Shown one piece after another: positions 29,013 to 37,215 of a stretch of 64,000 nt of DNA (positions are counted from its first letter, which is position 1; each line of letters begins with the position of its first letter). Under the pieces are notes generated by a model, which saw nothing but the letters and a program-made list of their open reading frames with translations, had not been told where the DNA came from and ran no database searches. The position numbers were made by a program, and so were the translations under genes. Where the stretch lies: the IMG/VR virus record IMGVR_UViG_3300034073_003340, positions 62,001 to 126,000 of that record; one strand, 5' to 3'.

Positions 29013-30037
29013 TTTTTAGCCTTTGGTGGACGACCACGCTTTTTAGGAGCAGGAGCAGTTGCTACTAGTTCACTTGCCTTCGTGCCAGCTGGCAATCCAT
29101 CCTTACGGGGACGACCTACCGGTTTCTTAGGCTGCATCGCCGCCCATTTTTCCTTGTCAGCCTTGTCTTCTCTCAAAGCGGCGCGATCAAGAAATTCCTG
29201 GAGGGCGGCATCACTGGTATCAACTTGATTGCCTTCCATTTCTTCCAAACCGTTGATGCGATTGAGCTCTTCAGTGGCCGCCTGTAGGGCCATCCTAACT
29301 TCTTCAGGAAGAGCCATACCATCAGTGTCTACATGAATGGGGTTCTCTGGGGCCATTGAGGGTTCTACAACTGTCATGTTGTCTTCAGCAGTAGCGTGGA
29401 CGACCTCAGTAGCCATGATAGGCTCAGAGACAATCTCAGGGACAGTTACCGATGTCTCGATTACTTCTGGACTAGCCGTCACCTGTGTATTTGCCGCTTC
29501 TGGACGCAGACTAGGTACTAGACGATACGCCTGTTCCCTTTTACGAGCTGCTTCTTCTTCCAAGTCCATTGCCTGGCGAATGATATTCTTAGCAATGTCG
29601 TATTGTGCCTGGGCACTATCTGTTCTCTGGTTTTCCAAAACGCGGTTTTCCAGTTGCTGATCTACAACTGGGGGAGCATCCTCGCCATTCATATAATCCA
29701 CAATCGTACGCAATGGACAGGGGGCGTTTGGCGCTGGATACATTACGATATTATCGATTTCTACAACGCGGAGAAGGCCGTAGGTATGTAGGGCATTCAT
29801 CATATCTAGACCCAAATCAGGGAGAATTCTTCTCTGAAGAAGGGTATGGAGATGAGGGGTTTGCTGCCCTTCAGTAGAATCAATAATATCCATTAGGGCG
29901 TCGTGAAAACGATCAGGTAGAGCGTCAGTATCTACAACCAAGGCGTTATTTTCATTTCCAGGAATCTGCATGAAAACCACGACGCACCGACGATCAGTAT
30001 TTCTGATGCGACCAACGTGCTTTTTAAAAGTGCTCAT
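29009..30037 (-). CDS. Hypothetical protein with C-terminal AT-hook-like motifs
   Basis: KKPVGRPRK and KKRGRPPK; strong GGAG SD. Confidence 0.65.
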   Translation of the reverse strand: MSTFKKHVGRIRNTDRRCVVVFMQIPGNENNALVVDTDALPDRFHDALMDIIDSTEGQQTPHLHTLLQRRILPDLGLDMMNALHTYGLLRVVEIDNIVMYPAPNAPCPLRTIVDYMNGEDAPPVVDQQLENRVLENQRTDSAQAQYDIAKNIIRQAMDLEEEAARKREQAYRLVPSLRPEAANTQVTASPEVIETSVTVPEIVSEPIMATEVVHATAEDNMTVVEPSMAPENPIHVDTDGMALPEEVRMALQAATEELNRINGLEEMEGNQVDTSDAALQEFLDRAALREDKADKEKWAAMQPKKPVGRPRKDGLPAGTKASELVATAPAPKKRGRPPKAKK

Positions 30038-30160
30038 TTTTGAGTTCTCCTTTTTGGATGTTGTGGAAGGTAAATTCCATACATCAAATTCGTCCTCTCC
30101 AAAGGCACCGAGATTTGGTTCTTGGAGAATTGTGGCGCTTAAGGTGCGCCTTGAACCTTA

Positions 30161-30367
30161 TTAGGTAATTGGCTCTTCTTCAGCAGCTTCTTCCTTGGGA
30201 AGATTTGCTTCTAGAAAAGCTGCCAGCTTGTCTCGAACTGAACCAACACTGGTCAGTTCTCCGCCCTTGAACGCTCCACGTTCAGCGGCCACATCAATGA
30301 TGCGAAGGGTATTCTGCAGATCAACTAGAGTAATCTGAGGGCTTTCAGCCTGGGTTTCTTCAGCCAT
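30161..30367 (-). CDS. Conserved hypothetical phage protein
   Basis: DLQNTLRIIDVAAERGAFKGGEL motif; AGGAG SD. Confidence 0.7.
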   Translation of the reverse strand: MAEETQAESPQITLVDLQNTLRIIDVAAERGAFKGGELTSVGSVRDKLAAFLEANLPKEEAAEEEPIT

Positions 30368-30481
30368 AGTAATCTCCTATTTTCGGCTTATCCGATCTAC
30401 AGAGAATACTAGATATTGGGTAAGAAACTCAATATTCTAACGGCACTCAACCGTATTTAGTTAAGTGCCGCTAGAACTTTT

Positions 30482-31057
30482 TCAAAGAGTCGTTGGACGC
30501 TTACGCCGCTTGGGCTTGATAGTCACAAGGTCGATATCCCAACCAGTGAACTGAGCCCAAGATTCGTGAGGCACATCAATGGGAAGCTTCTGAGCCTTGG
30601 CTACTAGCTGGTAGTAGTCTGGACGCTTGGGCTTACCACACATCGGCGTCACCATGAAGTGGGCCTTCTGATGGTTACACTCAGAACAAGCAGCTACCAC
30701 ATTTTCCCAACGAGTCTTACCACCGTGGAACCGTGGAACCACGTGGTCAAGAGTCAGAGGACCCTTGACTTCACTCTCATGCTTGCCACAGTATTGGCAG
30801 CGGTGATCATCGCGCAGCATGATGTTGTTTCTGCTGAACTTGACCCCGCGGGATACCTTGACATAATCACGAAGCAACAGGACTGCTGGAACATTAATGG
30901 TCGTGGAAGGGCTGTGGACCTCCCAGTCTTCATAATGAGCCAGAACCTCAGCGTTCTCTAGGAATTGAAGCTTGATAGCAGCTTGCCAGGAAAGAGTGCT
31001 CAAAGGCACCACACTTAGCGGCAGACCATCAGCGTTTAGAATCAAAGTGTCAGACAT
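30482..31057 (-). CDS. HNH endonuclease
   Basis: RDDHRCQYCG..LTLDHVVPR..GG..WENVVAACSECN. Confidence 0.92.
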   Translation of the reverse strand: MSDTLILNADGLPLSVVPLSTLSWQAAIKLQFLENAEVLAHYEDWEVHSPSTTINVPAVLLLRDYVKVSRGVKFSRNNIMLRDDHRCQYCGKHESEVKGPLTLDHVVPRFHGGKTRWENVVAACSECNHQKAHFMVTPMCGKPKRPDYYQLVAKAQKLPIDVPHESWAQFTGWDIDLVTIKPKRRKRPTTL

Positions 31058-31169
31058 GGGTCACCATCGTTCTTCTGCGAAGTTGTGTACCCCTACACAC
31101 TTCTACTTATACAGGCATACAGGGGTTAATCAATCTAAAAAGTGAAGAAATTTTCAAATAAAAACTAAG

Positions 31170-32438
31170 TCAATGATATTTAAAGTTTTTAATATTCAAA
31201 TTACTATCCTGGAATAGAATATCGGCAGATGTCAGTCTGCCTCCCTTTCCGCATCCAGTATCCATGAAATAAGCTTCGCCGCCTTTGGCTCCTTTGACTT
31301 TCAGAGGCTGAGTAGTGGATCTAATGTCATGTCCTACCATGACTCGCTTGTCGGCAGGTATCCTATTGACCCAATCATAAACCCTAGTTGGATATCCATC
31401 TGGTCTAGGTTCGGAAGTATTATCGACTTCGCCAAAGAGTGCCATGGTTTCAAATTTGCCAACAAGCCGAGGGGAATCTATATCAAACATCTCTGGTTCG
31501 GCTGCTCCATGAGTAAACAAGGTGTTACCAATAACCCAATGATGTCTTGAAAACCCTAAGAGGGCTTTATAGCGAATCTCAAACTTGCGCCGCGCGTCTG
31601 GTCCCAATTCCTCAATGGCTTTGGTAGTGACCTTGTTGCCATCACTCAACCTGACTTTGACGTCGTTATGCTTGATCTGTTCCAACCATCGTTCAATCTT
31701 CCTCTCATGGTTGCCAATCAAACAAAGTCCTCGCCCTCGAGATACCACATCATAGACATGATCCACGCATTCTATGGGATTAGGTCCATAGTCTATAATA
31801 TCACCCAGGAAGATACAAAATAGGTTTCTTTGTGTTGCCCATTCAGTTGCTGCCTTTAATGGTTCCAACATGGCGTGAACATCACCAATGACCATAAGGC
31901 CCCTAAAGCCTAGTTTTTCGATATTTTCTTTGAGTAACTTGTTTGATAGTCTGGGAACTACTTCAAAGTTTTCTTTCCGAGTGTCAATTACATTGGCAAC
32001 GCCATCACCTCTCAGAATATCTCTTTCATTGTTGCGGAAGATATGTTCCTGTTTGGTAATAGCCGCTATAGCGTTCGGCCTCCAGCTATTCTTTGAATCT
32101 ACAAGTTTGGAATCCAAACTTCGATTACATACAATATAGAAAATAGGAACTCCGATCTTCAAAGCAATGTCTGATAACCCAGTCCTGTCCTTTTTTCTCA
32201 AGTTAGTAGCATCAACCACTACTCGTTCACCAAGTTCTAGTTTGAGTTGAGCTCTTCGGTAAACTTCCCTAAAAACTATGTCATTTATATTGGTTTTCTG
32301 AACGTCGCCACACAGCTCATAACGGATAGCTTCACTACTCATGATTTCATAATCAGCAAACATTTTGGACAAGGTCGTCTTGCCACTGTTAGCTGGACCA
32401 ACGAAGATCACCAGACTATGGAGTGGTATTCTTTTCAT
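31170..32438 (-). CDS. Polynucleotide kinase-phosphatase (Pnkp-like: P-loop kinase + metallophosphoesterase)
   Basis: GPANSGKT and VVDATN kinase motifs; GDVH, GDIIDYG, GNHE, HG, GH phosphoesterase motifs; start ATG 32438. Confidence 0.88.
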   Translation of the reverse strand: MKRIPLHSLVIFVGPANSGKTTLSKMFADYEIMSSEAIRYELCGDVQKTNINDIVFREVYRRAQLKLELGERVVVDATNLRKKDRTGLSDIALKIGVPIFYIVCNRSLDSKLVDSKNSWRPNAIAAITKQEHIFRNNERDILRGDGVANVIDTRKENFEVVPRLSNKLLKENIEKLGFRGLMVIGDVHAMLEPLKAATEWATQRNLFCIFLGDIIDYGPNPIECVDHVYDVVSRGRGLCLIGNHERKIERWLEQIKHNDVKVRLSDGNKVTTKAIEELGPDARRKFEIRYKALLGFSRHHWVIGNTLFTHGAAEPEMFDIDSPRLVGKFETMALFGEVDNTSEPRPDGYPTRVYDWVNRIPADKRVMVGHDIRSTTQPLKVKGAKGGEAYFMDTGCGKGGRLTSADILFQDSNLNIKNFKYH

Positions 32439-32512
32439 ATCACCAATATAAATGAAAATTGACATCAAAGTCAATTTTGTTACATAATAGAGCATACAGG
32501 TGAGGATTCTAT

Positions 32513-32959
32513 ATGCGCCGCTCTTATCTAATTGCCAGCCTTGCTGGTGCTATTGCTCTATTTACAACTGGGTCTTTGGTCGCGGTTTCGAACCGTGCTT
32601 CCAAGATTGAAAGTTTCAAGACCAAGCTTTCAGAACTTACATTTTGTAGAACTGCCTATGAAATTGCCAGTTCTCATCCCAGCTATATCTCTAGATTCGT
32701 AGAGGATGAACGCACCAAGGCTGATCTCCTAAAAGAATCCGAGATCTTGAATTCCAAAAAGGAAAAAATCGATCTGCTTCTTGATCAACATATCAAGAAC
32801 GCTTCTTCTTTGCCATTAGATGATGTGTCGGTAAAGACATTGATTGACAAAACTACTTGGGACGCTGAACTAGAAGCGGTTCAAGCCGCTGGATGGGTCG
32901 AGGAACACGAAGCATTCCTCGACCACATTGACGAGATTTGTAAGCCCTATCTCAACTGA
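32513..32959 (+). CDS. Hypothetical exported/membrane-anchored protein
   Basis: N-terminal signal-like hydrophobic segment; TTGACA..CATAAT promoter and GAGG SD. Confidence 0.65.
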   Translation: MRRSYLIASLAGAIALFTTGSLVAVSNRASKIESFKTKLSELTFCRTAYEIASSHPSYISRFVEDERTKADLLKESEILNSKKEKIDLLLDQHIKNASSLPLDDVSVKTLIDKTTWDAELEAVQAAGWVEEHEAFLDHIDEICKPYLN

Positions 32960-33524
32960 TAGTCGCGTTACCATCCTCTGAAATACGCAGGGTGCCGCGC
33001 TTTACTCGAAGAGAACCCTTGGTGCTTGGATGGTCGGGAGTCTCACGAGTTGTGAAACCAGTCTGGCATTCCATGTGGTTAACATAGAACGTCTTTCCAC
33101 GAGCTTTCACGACCCACATTGGAATGAAATCAAACTCCATGGACTTTTTATTGAAATGGAAATCAATGTTCTTGGTTTCCATTTCAAGAGGGAACTCCTT
33201 GGCCTGCTCTTTGATTCCATTACGCATGGACTTGATCTGATTCCACCGAATCTTAGCGGTTTCCAGGGCTGTCATGAGCTTGCGGGCAATTGCTCGTTTG
33301 TGAACATGCTCAGTCCTCAGCTTGCTGATTCGGTCTCTAACTGGATCCAACATGGGATCTAGATGATCCTTATAATCATTGAACTTTCGTTCCAGTGCCT
33401 TGATTTGAAACTTGCTCGACCTGACCTCCGAAGAGGCGTGAGCATAAAGCTCACGCCAATCGGAACGCCATGCCTGATAGCCAGCATAGTCTTTGAATTG
33501 CGGCTGAATACCATGAACGCTCAT
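32952..33524 (-). CDS. Hypothetical protein
   Basis: AAGGAG SD; N-terminus paralogous to 33535..33795. Confidence 0.7.
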   Translation of the reverse strand: MSVHGIQPQFKDYAGYQAWRSDWRELYAHASSEVRSSKFQIKALERKFNDYKDHLDPMLDPVRDRISKLRTEHVHKRAIARKLMTALETAKIRWNQIKSMRNGIKEQAKEFPLEMETKNIDFHFNKKSMEFDFIPMWVVKARGKTFYVNHMECQTGFTTRETPDHPSTKGSLRVKRGTLRISEDGNATIS

Positions 33525-33534
33525 CCTGATCTCC

Positions 33535-33795
33535 TTAAGCCGCAGCCGCAGCCAAAGCCGCCAGCTGGTTGTTCTTGAATTCGGTTGCTGCCGTGCGCTC
33601 CGACATCATCTTGTTGGCGCGAACACGCAGACGGTAGAGCGCCGCCTGTAAATCCGCATTGTCACCGCCCCTGTTATCACGCTGTTCCTGCTTGTTGGCA
33701 CGGATCTCGAGAGTGACTTCCCGATACTTGGCGCGCCATTCCGCACGGTAGGCCAGGTATTCGTCGCGAGTCGTAAAAGTAAAATTGTAGGTCAT
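33535..33795 (-). CDS. Hypothetical helical protein
   Basis: GGAGGAG SD before ATG 33795. Confidence 0.7.
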   Translation of the reverse strand: MTYNFTFTTRDEYLAYRAEWRAKYREVTLEIRANKQEQRDNRGGDNADLQAALYRLRVRANKMMSERTAATEFKNNQLAALAAAAA

Positions 33796-33796
33796 G

Positions 33797-34114
33797 TTAT
33801 TGTGCTCCTCCGAAAGTGAGTTTGAAAAGAACGGCGATATCAGGTTTTTCAAAATACCACCGTGAACCATTGCCATTGTGCCAAAAACTACTGCCTTTAT
33901 CCATACACCACGTCTTCATTTGGGAGATGGCAAAACCATCTGTTGGCTTGATATCAACGGTTGTCATCTCAGGCCAAGCTTCGCGGAGTCTTTTACTCCA
34001 ATGCTTGTCACGAGTGCTGATACCAACTGGCGGACAAAATAGAAGGCCCTGTTCTCGCCAGACCTTGATGTAGGCCTGAGTGGCCAGGCTTTGTGCTGTC
34101 TTGAAGTCCGTCAT
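33797..34114 (-). CDS. Hypothetical protein, FKL-motif family
   Basis: TGATG overlap with pth2; ends WYFEKPDIAVLFKLTF. Confidence 0.7.
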   Translation of the reverse strand: MTDFKTAQSLATQAYIKVWREQGLLFCPPVGISTRDKHWSKRLREAWPEMTTVDIKPTDGFAISQMKTWCMDKGSSFWHNGNGSRWYFEKPDIAVLFKLTFGGAQ

Positions 34115-34572
34115 CAGCCGACCACCGAGAATCGCTTGGTGATCGCATGAGCCTGCTCCTTGGTACAAGGACCAATACCAAGCGCAGTCACGATGGGATT
34201 ACCATCGAATGCCGTGCCGGGCATGATGTGGTTCTTGTCAATGATAAGCGAGGTGATCAGGCCAGCTTCCTGTGCGGCTTCATAAGCGCGCATAATTGCG
34301 GCTTCGTTCTTGGCCTTAAGGATGACCTGGGTGCCGATGAAGTCTGGGCCCTGGTAAACGCGCAGGAGCTCAGGATCGCGACGGCTCGCGAGAAGCACAC
34401 AGTTCTTGGCCGCATGACAAGCCTGACTTGCCATCTTGCCTGGAGTCATGTCCAGGTCGCCGCGAATGATGCTGTAGATGCGAAGCTTTTCGGAGGCTGC
34501 TTCGAATGCCTGGTAGTCGTTGTCGTTGTCGTAACGAGCAGCGGCTTCCTACAAGAAAGAATTCGTGATCAT
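34114..34572 (-). CDS. pth2: Peptidyl-tRNA hydrolase, Pth2 family, with in-frame UAG at codon 8 (34551-34549)
   Basis: KLRIYSIIRGDLDMTPGKMASQACHA and TALGIGP Pth2 motifs; the conserved first strand lies upstream of the track ATG 34449; every upstream in-frame ATG/GTG/TTG (SD-backed ATG 34572) precedes a TAG. Confidence 0.85.
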
Positions 34573-34612
34573 TTTCATTCCTTTCATCTTTTGTCCAACA
34601 TCGGACAACTTC

Positions 34613-34640
34613 AACTTAGTAGGCAATTAGGATATGTCAA
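34613..34640 (-). promoter_or_regulatory. Sigma70-type promoter of pth2
   Basis: TTGACA-N16-TAAGTT upstream of ATG 34572. Confidence 0.55.
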
Positions 34641-34648
34641 CCTACTTT

Positions 34649-35011
34649 TTACCTCCAACGCAATTTAAACATCATTGCGTCTTTGGAATTCTCAAAAACA
34701 ACACCAACGCTAGTGCTACAACCACTAGACCAGCCCACGGCTTCCCAACTACCAAACTTGGTATTATCGGCGCACCATTGCTTGATTTCACCCATGGAAT
34801 GCCATGTGAAGCCAAACATACGGACCAGGAACCAGCCCGGAAACTTGCTGTTGATGGAAGGGGCGAAATCAGAGTCCTCAAAGTCATCATCCTCGAAGAG
34901 CGCATTACGCTCTTGCTGGGCTGACTCAGCTTGCTCGGGAGTTTCTTCGGCGATAACACCATCACGGTCGAAATAATCGACCCACACTAATTCATTCATC
35001 TCAACACTCAC
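34649..35011 (-). CDS. Hypothetical protein, FKL-motif family
   Basis: Ends VVFENSKDAMMFKLRWR. Confidence 0.7.
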   Translation of the reverse strand: MSVEMNELVWVDYFDRDGVIAEETPEQAESAQQERNALFEDDDFEDSDFAPSINSKFPGWFLVRMFGFTWHSMGEIKQWCADNTKFGSWEAVGWSSGCSTSVGVVFENSKDAMMFKLRWR

Positions 35012-35091
35012 TTTCTAAACTAAATCACAAACGGATTAGCAGCGAGTGGAGGTGCCCTTGGGGCCTAGTGGTGTGTTAGGATCTTTTTCAT
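35008..35091 (-). promoter_or_regulatory. Putative regulatory mini-ORF MKKILTHH*(UAG)APRAPPLAANPFVI*(UAG)FRK*(UGA)
   Basis: Manual translation; amber followed by a RAPP motif; terminal TGA overlaps the GTG start of the next gene. Confidence 0.5.
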
Positions 35092-35094
35092 GCT

Positions 35095-35454
35095 CTACTT
35101 ATACTGATCTAATACGTAAGAGTCAATAACTAATGACAATTTAGACATTATGGCGTCGTCAGCAGTCTGCGTTCTCACTATCAGACGCATTTGGTATTTT
35201 ACTGGCCCTGAAGTCTCTCTTATCTCCATATAGGTATAGAAATGACCCTTTGTATAATCAAGCAATTGCTTGAAAATCTTAGGATTCGGCCAATAATAAA
35301 ATGATGGGTGTTCGCAATCAAACCAGTCTTTTGCGAACCAATGCTGAAGAGAGATCTCCGTTGACCATCCCTCGGTTACTACTACCTCGGTGGATCTATT
35401 GAATTGAATATAGTCTGATCTAAGAGCCTTTGTGACTCTGCGGATGTCAGTCAA
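35095..35454 (-). CDS. Hypothetical protein, degenerate FKL-motif family; TAG stop
   Basis: DDAIMSKL near the C-terminus; overlaps the upstream gene. Confidence 0.6.
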   Translation of the reverse strand: MTDIRRVTKALRSDYIQFNRSTEVVVTEGWSTEISLQHWFAKDWFDCEHPSFYYWPNPKIFKQLLDYTKGHFYTYMEIRETSGPVKYQMRLIVRTQTADDAIMSKLSLVIDSYVLDQYK

Positions 35455-35890
35455 AATAGCCTCGGTCTGCGGCCAGGTTCAGCAGACCGCGATAGACTCG
35501 CATATTAGGTCTATACGGACCCCGTCCAAAATACTTTCTGTCGTCCCCATAGAGGGCCTTTTCAAGGGCCGCGGCAACCGCTGCGCTCCGACACTGCCCC
35601 ATGAGACAGTGAACGTAGATGACGCTTACATTGCGCTCTTTCATCGATTCAACGAAGTCTAAGATCTTTTCAGCATGACTGTCGTTGAAGAGAATACGAG
35701 TTTCCTCTTCCGGTTCGCCGTTCTTATATTCGTCGATATCATGGAACTGTAGGTTGAGTCTTGCGACCAAATGCCCATTCTCATGAACTTTTGGAAAATC
35801 ACCATTTTCACAGATACTGATTAGAGCCCACGACTTCTCAGGCGGACTCACTGCCATCATAGTGGCGCGGCTGTAAACGACAAATTTCAT
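35447..35890 (-). CDS. Protein-tyrosine/dual-specificity phosphatase-like protein
   Basis: VHCLMGQCRS CX5R motif; LISI..F.DI..PN pattern. Confidence 0.85.
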   Translation of the reverse strand: MKFVVYSRATMMAVSPPEKSWALISICENGDFPKVHENGHLVARLNLQFHDIDEYKNGEPEEETRILFNDSHAEKILDFVESMKERNVSVIYVHCLMGQCRSAAVAAALEKALYGDDRKYFGRGPYRPNMRVYRGLLNLAADRGYFD

Positions 35891-35920
35891 AACCAAACAT
35901 TACAGCACGCCGTCTAGTTG

Positions 35921-36739
35921 TCAATCAGCTTCTGGTGGTGTCTTGTTGATATCACCGCGCTGGGCCTGATACCAGTTGTAGACGCAGCGGTCGAGACCAA
36001 TCGCAATCTCGAGGACTAACGCGTCTTTTTCCACAATATCTTTCTTGCCCTGGAAGGTCAGCTTCTGAGGGAAATCAGTCCGAAGGCTGATCGAGCAGAC
36101 TTCCATCCACTTGTCGCCATTCCAAATTTCCACATCCATGGTTCGCTTGCTATAAGCGGGCAGTCGATCACTTTCCACCAGCCGGGTGGGTAGGTGTACC
36201 ATTGCGCCGATCATCTGCTGAACCTTGGGCAACATGGCTTCCTGATAATCCATACCAGAATCAGCAGTGAAGATACACTGGAACTCCTGCTGGTAGAACT
36301 CTTTTAGCCGCATATGCTTGGTGGGCTGGATAATTTCTCGACGAAAGCTTTTACCGGCTTGCCATACGACCAAGGGAGGGAAAACCTTGGGATGAACGTT
36401 ATTCAGTAGATGTTGCGCATAGGCATAGCTACCTGGCGTGGTCTCGGGACGAAGCGCGAGGATGCGTGGTGGAGGGCTAGCCTCACTATCGACCCACTTT
36501 TGATCTTCCTCACTCAATCGAGGATCTTGCTCCCAAATGTCGTTGGCAGTGTAATTGACGTTGAGGAGATCACGCGGGTTGAGCAGTGGAGCCTCGATCT
36601 GGAAAAACTTCCAGCGATCATTGAGGGCCTGAAGTTCTACCTGAATACGAGCGGCAAAGAAATCTCGCATAGTCTCACGAAGCTTGATCTCTTCCTCGTT
36701 CCAAAACACAAGGCCATTGATATTGAAGATGTTCTGCAT
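35921..36739 (-). CDS. Glycyl-tRNA synthetase (alpha2-type)-like catalytic core without anticodon-binding domain
   Basis: LRPETT, QAGKSFRRE..RLKEFYQQEFQ (motif 2), AYSKRTMDVE, EVCSISLRTDF, VLEIAIGLDR (motif 3); ends about 20 aa after motif 3. Confidence 0.85.
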   Translation of the reverse strand: MQNIFNINGLVFWNEEEIKLRETMRDFFAARIQVELQALNDRWKFFQIEAPLLNPRDLLNVNYTANDIWEQDPRLSEEDQKWVDSEASPPPRILALRPETTPGSYAYAQHLLNNVHPKVFPPLVVWQAGKSFRREIIQPTKHMRLKEFYQQEFQCIFTADSGMDYQEAMLPKVQQMIGAMVHLPTRLVESDRLPAYSKRTMDVEIWNGDKWMEVCSISLRTDFPQKLTFQGKKDIVEKDALVLEIAIGLDRCVYNWYQAQRGDINKTPPEAD

Positions 36740-36741
36740 TT

Positions 36742-37113
36742 TTAGTTCAACCTTATATGAGCCGGAAGAGGCAGGAACTCGTCGGTCTTGGGAAATCGAA
36801 TATGGGTGGCGACAGTGTCGCCATTCTCATGAATGATCACACGGAAAGTCAACTCCAACCCTGCATAGGCGAAGTTTCGAGCACAAGCGCCTTCGAGGCC
36901 TAACTCCTCTGCGTCAATTACTCGGTCGTCCTTGGTGCTGTAGACACGAAAGCCGTCCCAGGTCAGAGGAAAACAAGGCTTCTTGGCTCTCTCCTCACGG
37001 CGAGCACGCTCTACACGGATGTTAGCTTCCAAGCGGTCGAGGCATTGGTCATCCATCTTGTCAATGGGTATATCATCATAATTTGCGGTTCCCGTGTGAT
37101 CAATTATACCCAT
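36742..37113 (-). CDS. Hypothetical protein between tRNA-Sup and the GlyRS-like gene
   Basis: GAGGT SD; tightly packed. Confidence 0.65.
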   Translation of the reverse strand: MGIIDHTGTANYDDIPIDKMDDQCLDRLEANIRVERARREERAKKPCFPLTWDGFRVYSTKDDRVIDAEELGLEGACARNFAYAGLELTFRVIIHENGDTVATHIRFPKTDEFLPLPAHIRLN

Positions 37114-37131
37114 GATTTACCTCAAATTCGG

Positions 37132-37204
37132 CCTCCCCGCCGAGATTCGAACTCGGGTCTCGCGATTTTAGAGATCGCTGCTCTACCAACTGAGCTACGG
37201 GAAG
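37132..37204 (-). tRNA. Amber suppressor tRNA, anticodon CUA
   Basis: Canonical cloverleaf: acceptor CTTCCCG/CGGGGAG, D-arm GCTC-AGTTGGTA-GAGC, anticodon arm GCGAT-CT[CTA]AA-ATCGC (anticodon 37171-37169), T-arm CCGAG-TTCGAAT-CTCGG; G73; followed by CCG, not CCA. Confidence 0.93.
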
Positions 37205-37215
37205 ATGTAACCTGT

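Noticed and set aside
30482-31057. HNH as an intron- or intein-borne homing element
   Set aside because: Free-standing between intact genes; no split host gene evident.
37132-37204. Pyrrolysine tRNA
   Set aside because: Standard D-loop, 5-bp anticodon stem, 5-nt variable loop and TTCGA T-loop; no pylS/pylBCD seen in the window.
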